Assembly (NCBI GenBank): GCA_013265495.1
Contig: MU058337.1
Span: 5,996,716-6,060,715 of the forward strand
Reading direction: 5' to 3'
DNA from: Vicugna vicugna
Lineage: Eukaryota
DNA length: 64,000 nt
This document shows, in pieces, positions 41,716 through 55,872 of the stretch. The position numbers and the translations under genes are program-made. The stretch's first letter is position 1. Each line of letters starts with the position of its first letter. Under the pieces are notes generated by a model. It saw only the letters and a program-made list of their open reading frames with translations. It was not told where the DNA came from and ran no database searches.

Positions 41716-41905
41716 GTTCACCAAGAGAAACTCGAGGAAAAACAAAACAAATTTCCTACATGGAATATTAACAGTAATGAAGCAGAAGAGCTAGACACCA
41801 TTAAATTAACCTGATACTTAACTGTCATTTCTAACAGATTTCTTAGCACACACATAGAAACTAAATCTTTATTTAACACTTCGAGGAGTTAATTTTTAAC
41901 TTTTA

Positions 41906-42220
<315 letters not shown>

Positions 42221-42463
42221 TCAGATATGACCATCTGTATCAACTTAAGATTTTATATTACATGCTCTATATATGCTTATAATACATGCTTATTGTGTTA
42301 TTAAGCAAAATATGTTAAATAAATCAATTTCAGACTTCAATAAAATTAACGTTTGAACTTTCCACTCAATTTATAAAATACACAACTATTTGAGAACAAG
42401 TAGTTGTTTCCAACTAGTAAATTTAATATATATATTCAAAATTTCTCTAAGCTAAAATTGGGA

Positions 42464-42763
42464 GATGTGCCTTATGAAGAAAACGTGTGTTAGATAAGGT
42501 CCCTTCAGGCCAGAATTACAGCAGTGCTGGCCAAGTCGTGAGTTCAATGTTACTGAATCAACAATATGTATTAAATAAGGTGTCTTTCAACAGAAACATA
42601 TATAAAACAGGTTATGTATTAATGCGCTGATGAAAATCTTCTGACTAGGGGCTCAGAGAAACCTAACTGTATTTCCCCCGGGAGCAATGCTTCAGTATGT
42701 GCTAATTCATTGTTCACAGTGACTTTACAAAATATAATTACCACAAAAAACAAGAATCAGCTG
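42464..42763 (-). mobile_element. MER82-like TcMar-Tigger relic
   Basis: gtgagttcaatgttactgaatcaacaata...aaataaggtgtcttt...ggagcaatgcttcagtat...aagaatcagctg. Confidence 0.7.
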
Positions 42764-45633
42764 TGCGTCTAATAAATTCTCAAAACTCTTGTTTCACAAT
42801 AAAAAAGCACCTTCCAGCAAGCAAGTAAAGGGTTTCAATGAACCCTGGAAAGAATATTATCATATCATTTTTGCATTTTTACATATTTTGCGTCTATGCA
42901 AGAAAGGCTCCGAGAAACAAAACACCGTCTACTTTTTTATTTGTGGATTAAAATTATTCTCAAATGTGTAAGATTCACATGACATTTTATTTTTTAGTAC
43001 TGTAAAAATTTTATATTTATATTTATATTTTTATTTTTATATTTATAGTTTTGTTTTGCTTGTCATACATAATTTAAAATTTAGAAAAAAATTTTTAAAA
43101 ATTCATATAAAAATAATTAAAACTTCAATTTTTCCATTTACTTTAATATACATTTATGGTGATATATCATTCTCAAACAGAATTATATTTTATCTAAAAT
43201 CCTTAGATCACTGTTATCAGTAGAACATGTAAGCTCTGTTAACCCATAATTATGTAAAGATTTCTATTATAACAATACCATAAAACTATAAAAAGTATTA
43301 TGCAGAAAATATTTAGATTTATTAATTATGCATGATTTATAACACTGCTGACCCATCAACAATGTGTCAAGATATATGTATAGTAATTATATTTCAGTTT
43401 CTTTGTTTTTTTAATGTAGATGACATTTTATAATTTTTTTATTATGGAACAGCATAATGAACTTGCATGTAAATGTTTCCCATATGCAACAATTATTACT
43501 ATACAGCTACTCTTATTTTGTGTATGTTGCATGCCCACTTTTCTACCTGGCCCACCCATTTGAGTAAATTTAGAATAAAAAGAAAAAGTAATTATATTGA
43601 AAGTATCAAGACAAGATAAAATATAAAACTGCAAACATGGTGTGTCAGAGTCTGTTACTGTTCTATTGGCATCCACTCAACTAGAATTTTAGCTGAGTGC
43701 ATGGTTACTTAAGGAAAAAAGACATTTCCTGGCCTCCCTAGCAGAGTGTCTAACTTTTCAGATCACTGTCAATACACAACAGGGGCAGGTTCTAGGACTT
43801 CTCCTAAAGACGCAGGCAGAACATTCCTTTTGCTTTTTCCTCTTCCTTCCTTCTTACATCCTGATCCTGGGCCATGAGATAAAGGTCCCTATTCCATGTA
43901 GCCTGCAGTGGGATGTTCCTCACAGCATGGTGGCTGGCTTTTAAGGGTAAGTGTCACAGGAGACAGGAAGATGAAGCTTGCAGATTCATAAGGCCTGGGC
44001 ACAGCACCACTTCTACGTAGTCTATTGGTCAAGCAGTCACAGAGCACAGAATCAACAGGGGGGAACACAGATCCTTCCCCCCGTTCAGCAACAGAAGTGG
44101 CAAAGGATTTGGGGAACATGTTTTAAAACCACTATACCATATCATATTTTTAAAACTAATATAATTAAAGTACGATTTGATTTTTACCATTACTCTGTGA
44201 TTAATAATTCATTCATAGTCAGACCTACTCTTTACAGAAATCATATATACATTTTACCAAGGCACCTTGGCTAAGATGATTAAAGCTGCAACTAGCTGTA
44301 TTGCCTACTGCCTGGTTATTAAAAATACCAATATACACTCAACTGGGAATTTTTAAAAACTAAGAGAAAACCAGAATATACACAAATACCAACCTAGCAT
44401 CAAATTAGAAATGAAGCTCCATGAAATTGCTACACCAAACACATGAAAGGTGGCTTGGCAAAGTGCCCAAAGTAATTCTGAAGAATCAAGAAATCTCCAA
44501 GAACCATGCCTCTAAAAGCCTTTTCATGGGAGGATAAATTCAGGAAATTCAGGATCAACTTTATGAAACTTTTGCCAACAGGAGAGCCTAGAAGGTATGT
44601 ATCCCAGACATTCCCCATGCCCAGACACACCAGCAGAGTCAATATTACGTAGAAGCCTGTGGGAGTCATAGGTGGTTATCCACCAAACTTTCTCCTCTAA
44701 TAAAATCCCAACTTCCTTTTCAAGTATTCTCTCATTTTCATGCACTGAAGTACTGAGAAAGACCAAGTGGCAAATACTTAGTTATGAAAATATACATTAA
44801 GACCACTGCAAACTAAAAAAGCTTCTGCACAGCAAAGGAAATTATCAAAATGAAAAGGTAACCTACTGAATAGAAAAAAAAATTCACAAATCATTGTCTG
44901 ACAAGGGGTTAATACCCAATATATATATATTTTATATATATATATATATAAAGAACTCATACAAGTCAATAACCACAAAAACCAAACAATCTAATTTAAA
45001 AATGGGCAAAGTATCTAAATAGACATTTTTCCAGAGAAAACATACAGATGGCCAACAGGTATAAGAAAAGGTGTTCAACATCACAAATCATCAGGGAAAT
45101 GTACATCGAAACCACAATGAGGTCTCCTCTCACATCTGTTAAAATGGCCATTATTAAAAAAGACAAAAAATAACAAGGGTTGGCAAGGATGTGACAAAAA
45201 AGGAACCTTGTCCTTCCGCTGCTGATGGGAATGTAAATTGTGGCAGCCACTATGGAAAATAGTATGGAAGTTCCTTTAAAACTTAAAAGCAGGACTACCA
45301 CAAGATGCAATGATTCCACTTCTGGGTACTTCTCCAAAGAAAATGAAAACACTAACTTGAGAAGACATATGCACCCCTATGGTCACTGCAGCATTACTGG
45401 CAGTAGCCAAGGGATGGAAACAACCTGAGAGTCCACTGATGTATGGATGAAGAAAATGTGATACACACACACACACAATGGAATGTTATTCAGTCATAAG
45501 AAAGAATGAAATCTTGTCATTTGCAACAACATAGATGGACTTTGAGGACATTATACTAAGTGAAATAAGACAGAGAAAGACTGTATGATCACATCTATAT
45601 GTGGAATCTTACAAAAAAAAAAAAGCTCATAGA

Positions 45634-46367
45634 CAAATGCTGGAGAGGCTATGGAGAAAAGGGAACCCTCCTACACTGCTGGTGGGAATGCAGTTTGGTG
45701 CAGCCACTATGGAAAACAGTATGGAGATTCCTCAAAAGACTAGGAATAGACCTACCGTATGACACAGGAATTTCACTCCTGGGCATATATCCAGAAGGAA
45801 CTCTACTTCAAAATGACACCTGCACCCCAATGTTCATAGTGGCACTATTTACAATAGCCAAGACATGGAAACAACCTAATGTCCATCAACAGGTGACTGG
45901 ATAAAGAAGATGTGGTATATTTATACAATGGAATATTATTCAACCATAAAAACAGACAACATAACGCCATTTGCAGCAACATGGATGTTCCTGGAGAATG
46001 TCATTCTAAGTGAAGTAAGCCAGAAAGAAAAAGAAAAATACCATATGAGATCGCTCATATGTGGAATCTAATAAAAAAAAACATAAATACAAAAGAGAAA
46101 CAGACTCATAAACATAGAATACAAACTTGTGGTTGCCAAGGGGGTGGGGGGTGGGAAGGCTCAGACTGGGATTTCAAAATGTAGAATAGATAAACAAGAT
46201 TATACTGTATAGCACAGGGAAATATATACAAGATCTTATGGTAGCTCACAGTGAAAAAAAATGTGACAGTGAATATATGTATGTTCATGTGTAGCTGAAA
46301 AATTGTGCTCTACACTGGAATTTGACACAACATTGTAAAATGACTATAACTCAATAAAAATCTTAAG
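45634..46367 (+). mobile_element. Young L1 3' fragment nested in the older L1
   Basis: Near-identical to 55104-55870. 17-bp TSD AAAAAAAAGCTCATAGA at 45617-45633 and 46368-46384. Confidence 0.95.
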
Positions 46368-46682
46368 AAAAAAAAGCTCATAGATAACAGAGATCAGATT
46401 AGTGATGGGGGAGAAGGAGGTGCAAATGTACAAACTTTCAGTTATAAAATAAATATGACAGGGAGATGTAATGCACAGCATGGTGACTATAGATAATAAT
46501 ACTGTATTGTTAACTTGAAAGTTGTTAAGAAAGTAGATCTTAAAAGTTCTTATCACACATACACAAAAAAATTCTGAAACTATGTATGGTGACAGATGTT
46601 AACCAGACTTACTGCGGTGAGCATCGCACAGTATCAACAAATATCAGATCATTATTATTATAAACCTTAAACTAATATAATA

Positions 46683-46891
46683 CAGTTGACCCCTGAAGAA
46701 CACGAGTTTGAATTCTGAGAATCCACTTGTACATGTCAAAACTAAATACTGCAATGCTACATGACCCCAGGTGATGGACTGCAGATACGGAGAAGCCACA
46801 CAGAAGGAGGACCCACTTTACGTTATTCACGGATGTTCAACTGCATGGAGGGTCAGCACCCCTAATAACCACACTGTTCAAGAGACAACTG
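46683..46891 (+). mobile_element. Tigger2-type (MER28/Tigger2a-like) MITE
   Basis: TA|CAGTTGACCCCTGAAGAACACGAGTTTGAA ... TGTTCAAGAGACAACTG inverted termini. Confidence 0.8.
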
Positions 46892-47045
46892 TGTACATCA
46901 ATTATACCTCAATAAAGAAAAACTTTTAATACATACACATGAATAGATTCTACTATTACTATTAAAGCAGTTTTAGCTAAAATGGGAAAGAAACGTAAGA
47001 AATATGTAAAATCTAATTCTAAATTTTCCTCGGGAGAGGCTCTTA

Positions 47046-47240
<195 letters not shown>

Positions 47241-47729
47241 TCAGACATCATAGAACGTATTATGTGCCTCTCAAATACAGTCCCTCTTTTGGGTGATGCT
47301 AGTAAAGGAAAATTTTATATTTACCACCCCAAAACTCAGTAGAATATTTTTATTAAAAAGACCTGAAGAAAAAATTCTCCTGTTACATTTCCAATACAAT
47401 GGGGAAAATATCAGAATCAATTGTAGAAACTGAGCAAAGGACACTGAGCATCAATAGAGGGAATGTATTCTTGATGTCAGTGGTGCTTAGGAGAGCCACA
47501 AGTGTCACTGTGCACATCTGTTTGTTGTTAATATTATAATGTATTTTGATCAGGAAATGCTATTTTATTTACACCCAATATGTAGTCTGTTACTTATATA
47601 TGGGTATTTTTATTCCTTTATTTTTCTTACAAGAAACTGGTAAAAGGTCTGGGGTTAATATACAACATTATGCTTTTTCCCATTTTTAATAATGCAAAAT
47701 AAGCTGGGGTTTTTAACTACAATAAAAAT

Positions 47730-47843
47730 TTTAATAGAAATATATCCCAAATACTGAATGAGACATACTGTTACTTAAAAATAAAAATTATTTATTTGAA
47801 ATTCAAATTTAACATGTATCTTCCTAGCTAAATCTGGCAACCA
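47730..47843. mobile_element. MER53-like hAT MITE half
   Basis: tttgaaattcaaatttaac...ctaaatctggcaacc. Confidence 0.6.
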
Positions 47844-48296
47844 TAAAACATGCTTTTTGTTAATATTTTTGCATAGAATATTTGACTTTTAGTTAACGAC
47901 TAGTCTGTTTTCACTTAAAGGAGTATATTATTGAAGGCATATATTAAGTTCACTGAGGTAAAAGCTATTCTAGAAGTCAAAAGACGAGGCACTAACTTAA
48001 ACTCTAGCTATGCAACCTCTCTGAGCAAGTCACTCTATTTACTCATGCATGATAAACAGCAGGTAATATCATCTTAATATTTTACATGGCTGCTGAAAAT
48101 ATCAAATCAAAAAAGATCATGGTTATAACAGGTATAATAAAGTATAAAATGAATAGTTAATATGACTACAAAGTTAATTTTTACAAGTAAAACCTAACTA
48201 AACCTCACAAATGCTTTCAAACAAAGGAAATCATTACAATAATGAAATGCCAATAAGTTGGAATTTTATTTCCAAGATTCAAAAGTGGCTGCATGA

Positions 48297-48874
48297 GGCA
48301 CTAATTACAACAGGCAAGACACAGAAGCAACCTAAGTGTCCAACAACAGATGAATGGATAAAGATGTGGTGTGTGTATTAATACACACACACAGACACAT
48401 ACACCAGAATATTACTTAGCCATAGAAAGAATGAAGTATTGCCATTTGTAGCAACATAGATGGAGCTAGAGATTATCCTACTAGGTGAAGTCAGAGAAAA
48501 CAAATACATCATTTACACGTAGGATCTAAAAAATAATATAAATGAACTTACTTACAAAACAAATAGACTCAGACATAGGAAACAGTTGCATGGTTACCAA
48601 AGGAGAAGGGAGGGTAGTTAAATTAGGAGTATGGGATTAAAAGATACACACTATTATATATGAAAGAGAAAGAGCAAGAATTTTCTGTATAGCACAGGGA
48701 AATATATTCACTATATTATAAAAACCTATAATGAAAAAGAACCTGAGAAAGATTATATAAATATATAGATATACACACATATATATAAAAAACACTGAAA
48801 TACTTTGCTGTACACCTGAAACTAACAATACTGCAAATCAACTATACTTCAATAAAACAAAAAGGATTGAAAGA
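48297..48874 (+). mobile_element. L1 3' end (intermediate age)
   Basis: ORF2 tail plus 3'UTR (ctgtatagcacagggaaatat, ctgtacacctgaaactaaca). 16-bp TSD AAAAGTGGCTGYATGA at 48281-48296 and 48875-48890. Confidence 0.88.
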
Positions 48875-50109
48875 AAAAGTGGCTGTATGAAGTACACCTA
48901 GAAATATTTTAAAACATTAAATTCATTCTACCTTTTTTTATTCTAGTTGACATGTAAGTGAAAGTAGATTTAGTCTCCAAGAAATAAAGCCACGTAAGAA
49001 AAAATTCTCAGAAACATTTCCAACTGTAAAATATTAGATTCATATATACACAGAATCAAGTTTCTTTAAAGTCTGTGTAGTTTTGCAGTTCTTTTTAAAT
49101 AGTTCCGTCATTTACTAGGCATTAAACAAAAATAATTTGACAATGATTTATTCCATTAAACAAATGAAGTAACCAGACAACATTATAAAGTGCTTGTAAG
49201 AGAAGTTAACACTTAAAAGCATCATGAGGTTTTTTTTATACTTTTAATATAGCCCTTTACAGATATGCATGCACTAAATATGAAAAATCCCCCAGATATC
49301 TTGCTTACAGAAAAAAGCTTCATCATAGTAGACTGTTCCACATAACTCAACCCCTTTAGCATCCATGGATCCAGCCCACACCATGACCGGGTTCAGAAAC
49401 ACTGGTTTAAATCAGATAGAGCAGTGCCGTTCTCATCGCCAGTATACAGTTTCAGTACGAGAAGGACACAGTATGTGAGAGCTCATGTAAAAAACAACAG
49501 GTGAAATATATATATATATATATATTTTTTTTTTATAGACTATGTCAGGATATCCAAAAAACAGTAACAGTGTCTGCTCCTAGGGACAGAAACCAGAGGA
49601 CTTGGGGACAAGGGTGAAAAAATGCTTACTTTTTGTAGAATACTGTTTATCATGTGCACAAATTACCTAATATTAATTAACTAAAATTGAAGAAAATAAG
49701 TAAAAAAAAAAAAACCTTCCAGGTGTATATCAGATATAGGAAACATCTGCATTGCCTATTTAACTTACTAGGAAACACTTTCACTTAAGTTTTTAAAATA
49801 TCGGCTCAGCTATATGCCATGGTTAATTAAAATAAACTAAAAGATGATGTAGAAATATAATTATTTTGCACAACTGAATGAACATTTAGTGAGCATTAGT
49901 AGTATGAAAGACACCACCTGGTTGCTGGGGACAACAAATAAATAAGACCTAGCCTCTGCCCTCAAGGACTTCTTGGTCTACTAGGAAAGTCAGCTCAAGA
50001 TAAAATGACGTAAGTAGTCCTCTAGCAGCAAAATAAGCACTAGATGGGGAATACAGAGAAAGGGGAAAACTAGTTTTGCCTCTAGGATCTTAGAGGAAGG
50101 GCAGTCTAA

Positions 50110-50470
50110 ATAACTCCCCTAAATTATGGATTTAAATATCCAACAGTCTACTCAACACCTACATTTTGATAGCTAATGAGCATCTCAAACTTGATTTGTC
50201 CAACATCATACCCTAATTTCCTCCCCCAAAATATGCACCTCTCACAGTCGTTCCCATCTCAGAAAAAAGTCCCATTCTCATAATCCCTCAAGCCAAAACC
50301 ATAAAACCAGCGTTGATGCCTTACTTTTTTCTTATGTATCACATTTAATCTTCTAGAAAATTTGGTTTACTTCAAAATATACCCAAAATTCAATCTCATC
50401 TCACTGCCTCTACTACTAACACCCTGGCCCAAGCTGCCACCATCTCTCACTAGAATTACCACAAAAACCT
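50110..50470 (+). mobile_element. L2 fragment
   Basis: catctcaaacttgatttgtccaa...cttcaaaatatacccaaaatt...ccaagctgccaccatctctcact. Confidence 0.65.
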
Positions 50471-50859
50471 CCAACAGAGATCTCTCAGCTTAAACTGCTG
50501 GTTTTCAACTGCTAAGAACCAATGAATAGTGTGTGCTTCCCTTTTTCTACCATGTTGAATGGTGGTGTTTACTGCAGTGTTATATTCTTTTCTCATCACT
50601 GTATATTGGATAAGTGGATGTCACACTGTCTTTAAATACAGAGATCTTCACATGAGAAGAACCCCTCTTGAGAAACCATATACAACAAATCTCATCCTTA
50701 TCTGAACCAAGTTTGAATAGGAGATTCTGGTCTTGGAAGTAAAGTAGGTATACTCTACCTATGGAAGGACATGATCACTGGGGGTCAGAGAATGAATTGT
50801 GGTAGCTAGTATCCAAAAATGGTCCCCAATATAACAAATCACAGTATTCACACCCCTGC

Positions 50860-50949
50860 ATAATAACTTAATAATAACATAACATAATAACATAACATAA
50901 TTGCATAACATAACATAATAACATAACATAATTGCATAATAACATAACA
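50860..50949 (+). repeat. (CATAA)-based compound tandem repeat with a 31-bp higher-order unit
   Basis: TTGCA recurs at 50901 and 50932 within TAACA/TAATAACA runs. Confidence 0.85.
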
Positions 50950-51429
50950 GAAGTGATCCTGTGCCACTTAAATTTTTAAAAGGAAGAATGGCTACTTCAA
51001 GTAGCTCTGATAAGCAATGTAAGAAGTCATATCCTTACAGAAATGTCACATGGAGAAATCATGTGGAAAAGCCCCAAGACTGAATAAAGAGAGCGAGGCC
51101 CAGCTGTCCCAGTGCCTTGGCCATCCGTACCTTCAAGTCAGTCCTCCAAGGCACTAACACTGGATGTTCCAAACCAGTCAAACCCCAACATGACTACTGC
51201 CCCAGTGGACAGACACCTAGTGGGCAAAAGATGTGCCCAGCTGAATCCAATTAACCCATAGACTCATTAGAAACAGATATTGTGTCATTTTTTATTATGG
51301 CAAAATATAAATAAAATTATTGTTGTAACCATTTTTAAGTGTACAGCTCAGTGGCATTAAATAAATACATTTACATGGTTGTGCAACCTGAAATGTTTCA
51401 AATCACTGCATTCTGGGATGGTTTATCAC

Positions 51430-53150
51430 TCAGCACTAGATAATCAAAACACAAAAAATAAACAAGTGGATTCAGAAAGGATACCGGATACAAGGTTAAT
51501 ATATAAAAATCAATTATATTTCTACATACAAGCAACCATCAATAGGTATATGAAATTTAGAGAATAATATTTATAATAGTATAAAAATTTTTCAGCTACC
51601 TAGGAATAAATCTAATAAAAGATAAACAAAACCTCTACACTCAAAACTACAAAACAATGCTGAGAGAAATTAAACAAGATGTAAATAAATGAGGAGACAC
51701 TTTAGTCCATAAACTACAAAACTCAATATTGTTAAGATGTTAAGTCTCCCCAGAATAATCTTTAGACTCAATACAATCCAAATCCTATCAGATGTGGGGG
51801 GAGGGTGGGAGTGTAGGTGGGGATGGGTTGACAAGAAAAGCCTAAAGTTTACATGAAAACTCAAAGAATCTAAAAAGAGCCAACAGTATCCAAAGAAAAA
51901 CAATGAATTTAGACCAATTACAGTACCAAATTTCTAGACCTACTATAAAACCAAAATAATTAAGACAGTAACCAAATGTTACTTAATTTACAGCAAATGA
52001 TTACCCCAATAAATAATGCTGGAGAAACTGGATACCAAAATGAAAGAAAATATAGTTTCACTCCATCTCATACCAAACAAACAAGTCAAAGAGAGTAACA
52101 GACCTAAATATCAAGCCTAAAACAATAAAGCTCCTAACTTGGGTACGAAAAGTGGACTTAAACTGGGCTTCAATAAAATTAAGAACTTCTATTCCTCTAA
52201 AGACTTTATTAATAATACAGGCAAGCCACAGATGGGGAGAATATACGCACAATACATATATCTGGTGATGGACTCATAACCAAAGTGGATACAGGACTCT
52301 GATCACTCAATAATTTTTAATAATCTAATTTGAAAAGGGGGGGCAAGGATGAGACTTTAGCAGTCACTTCACAAAATAAATATCCAGTTGGTCAATCAAC
52401 TTATAAAAAGGTATTCAACATCAATACTCATCAGAGAAATGCAAATTAAAACAGAGATACTGTTACACGTCCATCACAAGGGCTACACATTAAAGAACCG
52501 GGAATAGCAAGGGCTTTCAAAGACGGCAGCACTGGAAGGAAACCGCATGTATCCCGGGCAGGGTATACATGAGAACCACCACGGTGTCTCCCAGGACTAA
52601 CCAAAACCTGACCACGTAATCCAACAATGCCTCTCCTCACTTTATCCAAAAGAACGTATTTGTTCGTAAGAAGACATACCAGTTTACTCGTAATATCAGA
52701 AAACTGGAAACAACCTGAAGATTCACCAACAGGAAAATGGATAAACTGCAGGTTATTCAAACAATGGAACACCACAGAGCGATTTTTAAGTGAATGATAA
52801 TTCAAAGCCTCATCAAAGATTCTCAGATAAGATGTTAGGTGAAAGAAGCCAGGCACAACCAAGTATGTACTGTATGATTCCATTTATACGCAGTTTAAGA
52901 ACAAACAACAAAAATCTACAGTATTAGATGTCAGAAAAGTTAATTTTAGTGGCCAAGGAGAGGGACTGACTGTAAGCGGTACAAAGGAATCTTCTGATGT
53001 AATACAGTGTTCCATATAAAGATCTGGACGGTAGTTGCACAGTTATATATATATATATATATATTATATAAATTTTTATTAAATTGTATACTTAAAATTT
53101 TGTGGACTTCCCTGTATGTGTGATTTCAACTTAGAACATCTAAAAACAAA
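51430..53150 (+). mobile_element. Old, heavily decayed L1 (ORF2 remnants plus 3'UTR)
   Basis: atacaaggttaatatataaaaatcaattatatttctac, ctcaatattgttaagatg, tcagagaaatgcaaattaaaac. Confidence 0.75.
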
Positions 53151-53223
53151 AACCAACCAACAAAAACAAAACCTGCTAGCCTCAGAAAGAAATACATTAT
53201 GTCCAATGTTTTAAAAATATGAA

Positions 53224-55872
53224 CTCTTCCAGATGATTGAAAAGGAGGGAATACTCCCAAACTCATTCTATGAAGCCACCATCACCCTGATACCAAAACC
53301 AGGCAAAGACACTACAAAAAAAGAGAATTATAGGCCAATATCACTGATGAACATAGACGCCAAAATCCTCACCAAAATTTTAGCAAATAGAATCCAACAA
53401 CACATAAAAAAGATTATACATCATGACCAAGTGGGGTTCATCCCAGGGACACAAGGCTGGTTCAACATACGCAAATCAATCAATGTAATACATCACATCA
53501 ACAAGAGAAAGGACAAAAACCACATGATCATCTCAATCGATGCAGAAAAAGCATTTGATAAAATTCAACACCCATTTATGATAAAAACTCTCGCCAAAGT
53601 GGGTATAGAGGGAACATATCTCAACATAATAAAAGCTATATATGACAAACCTATAGCCAGCATAGTTCTCAACGGTGAAAAACTCAAAAGCTTCCCACTA
53701 AAATCTGGGACAAGACAAGGATGCCCACTATCACCACTCCTATTCAATATAGTCCTGGAAGTCCTAGCCACAGCAATCAGGCAAGAGAAAGAAATAAAAG
53801 GGATCCAAATTGGAAAAGAAGAGGTAAAAGTGTCATTATATGCTGACGACATGTTACTATATATAGAAAACCCTAAAAGGTCCACAAAAAAGCTACTAGA
53901 GCTGATCGAAGAATTCAGCAAGGTAGCAGGTTACAAAATTAATGTTCAAAAATCAGTTGCCTTTCTTTACACTAACGATAAATCAACAGAAAAAGAAAGT
54001 AAAGAAACAATCCCCTTTAAAATAGCACCCAAAGTAATAAAATATCTGGGAATAAATCTAACCAAGGAGGTGAAAGAATTATACACAGAAAACTATAAAC
54101 CATTGATGAAGGAAATTAAAGAAGACTTTAAAAAATGGAAAGATATTCCATGCTCTTGGATTGGAAGAATCAATATTGTTAAAATGGTCACACTGCCCAA
54201 GGCAATCTACAGATTTAATGCAATCCCTATCCAATTACCCAGGACATATTTCACAGAACTAGAACAAATCATAATAAAATTTATATGGAACCATCAAAGA
54301 CCTAGAATTGCTAAAGCATTACTGAAGAGAAAGAAAGAGGCTGGAGGAATAACTCTCCCAGACTTCAGACAATACTATAGAGCTACAGTCATCAAGACAG
54401 CATGGTATTGGTACCAAAACAGACATATAGACCAATGGAACAGAATAGAGAGCCCAGAAATGAACCCACAAACTTTTGGTCAACTCATCTTCGACAAAGG
54501 AGGCAAGAATATACAATGGAATAAAGACAGTCTCTTCAGCAAATGGTGTTGGGAAAACTGGACAGCAGCATGTAAAACAATGAAGCTAGAACACACCCTT
54601 ACACCATATACAAAAATCAACTCAAAATGGATTAAAGACTTAAACATAAGACAAGATACAATAAACCTCCTAGAGGAAAACATAGGCAAAACATTATCTG
54701 ACATACATTTCAAAAATTTTCTCCTAGAAGAAATAAAAGCAAGAATAAACAAATGGGACCTAATGAAACTTACAAGCTTCTGCAGAGCAAAGGAAACCAG
54801 AAATAAAACAAGAAGAAAACCTACGGAATGGGAGAAAATTTTTGCAAGTGAAACCGACAAAGGCTTGATCTCCAAAATATATAAGCAGCTCATACGACTC
54901 AATAAGAAAAAAATAAACAACCCAATCCAAAAATGGGCAGAAGACCTAAACAAGCAATTCTCCAAGGAAGACATACAAATGATCAAAAAGCACATGAAAA
55001 AATGCTCAATATCACTAATTATCAGAGAAATGCAAATCAAAACTACAATGAGGTATCACCTCACACCAGTCAGAATGGCCGTCATTCAAAAATCCACAAA
55101 TGACAAATGCTGGAGAGGCTGTGGAGAAAGGGGAACCCTCCTACACTGCTGGTGGGAATGCAGTTTGGTGCAGCCACTATGGAAAACAGTGTGGAGATTC
55201 CTCAAAAGACTAGGAATAGACTTACCATATGACCCAGGAATCCCACTCCTGGGCTTGTATCCAGAAGGAAATCTACTTCAGGATGACACCTGCACCCCAA
55301 TGTTCATAGCAGCACTATTTACAATAGCCAAAACATGGAAACAGCCTAAATGTCCATCAACAGGTGACTGGATAAAGAAGAGGTGGTATATTTATACAAT
55401 GGAATACTACTCAGCCATAAAAACCGACAACATAATGCCATTTGCAGCAACATGGATGCTCCTAGAGAATGTCATTCTAAGTGAAGTAAGCCAGAAAGAG
55501 AAAGAAAAATACCATATGAGATCGCTCATATGTGGAATCTAAAAAACAAAAACAAAAACAAACAAACAAACAAAAACAAAGCATAAATACAGGACAGAAA
55601 TAGACTCACGGACAGAGAATACAGACTTGTGGTTACCAGGGGGGTGGAGGGTGGGAAGGGATAGACTGGGATTTCAAAATTGTAGAATAGATAAATAAAC
55701 AAGATTACACTGTATAGCACAGGGAAATATACACAAAATGTTATGATAACTCACAAAGGAAAAAATGTGACAATGAGTGTATATATGTCCATGAATGACT
55801 GAAAAATTGTGCTGAACACTGGAATTTGACACAACATTGTAAAATGATTATAAATCAATAAAAAATGTTAAA
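53224..55872 (+). mobile_element. Young L1, 5'-truncated (~2.65 kb)
   Basis: TSD AAAAATATGAA at 53213-53223 and 55873-55883 in a canonical TTTT/AAAA endonuclease target. 3'UTR and short A tail present. Confidence 0.97.
53233..55542 (+). CDS. L1 ORF2p fragment, 769 aa: reverse transcriptase and C-terminal cysteine-rich region, no endonuclease domain
   Basis: [25 protein letters not shown] and [18 protein letters not shown] motifs with no stops or frameshifts. No evidence of expression. Confidence 0.9.
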   Translation: MIEKEGILPNSFYEATITLIPKPGKDTTKKENYRPISLMNIDAKILTKILANRIQQHIKKIIHHDQVGFIPGTQGWFNIRKSINVIHHINKRKDKNHMIISIDAEKAFDKIQHPFMIKTLAKVGIEGTYLNIIKAIYDKPIASIVLNGEKLKSFPLKSGTRQGCPLSPLLFNIVLEVLATAIRQEKEIKGIQIGKEEVKVSLYADDMLLYIENPKRSTKKLLELIEEFSKVAGYKINVQKSVAFLYTNDKSTEKESKETIPFKIAPKVIKYLGINLTKEVKELYTENYKPLMKEIKEDFKKWKDIPCSWIGRINIVKMVTLPKAIYRFNAIPIQLPRTYFTELEQIIIKFIWNHQRPRIAKALLKRKKEAGGITLPDFRQYYRATVIKTAWYWYQNRHIDQWNRIESPEMNPQTFGQLIFDKGGKNIQWNKDSLFSKWCWENWTAACKTMKLEHTLTPYTKINSKWIKDLNIRQDTINLLEENIGKTLSDIHFKNFLLEEIKARINKWDLMKLTSFCRAKETRNKTRRKPTEWEKIFASETDKGLISKIYKQLIRLNKKKINNPIQKWAEDLNKQFSKEDIQMIKKHMKKCSISLIIREMQIKTTMRYHLTPVRMAVIQKSTNDKCWRGCGERGTLLHCWWECSLVQPLWKTVWRFLKRLGIDLPYDPGIPLLGLYPEGNLLQDDTCTPMFIAALFTIAKTWKQPKCPSTGDWIKKRWYIYTMEYYSAIKTDNIMPFAATWMLLENVILSEVSQKEKEKYHMRSLICGI

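Larger units (their letters stand above)
44795..46922 (+). mobile_element. Older L1 (ORF2 end plus 3'UTR) hosting a young L1 and a Tigger MITE
   Basis: Degenerate ORF2 C-terminus at 44810-45610. The 3'UTR resumes at 46385 and ends caattatacctcaataaag at ~46918. Confidence 0.85.

Noticed and set aside
50860..50949. CRISPR-like repeat-spacer array
   Set aside because: A low-complexity tandem repeat without unique spacers, in a mammalian intron.
54480..55040. 186-aa and other minus-strand hydrophobic ORFs over L1 copies (also 7628-7936, 28002-28307, 44996-45352, 53565-53921)
   Set aside because: These are antisense shadows of A-rich L1 ORF2 and recur in every copy. Not genes.
53233..55542. Novel or domesticated reverse transcriptase system
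   Set aside because: Ordinary L1 ORF2 with 3'UTR, A tail and TSD, and near-identical to broken copies in the same window.
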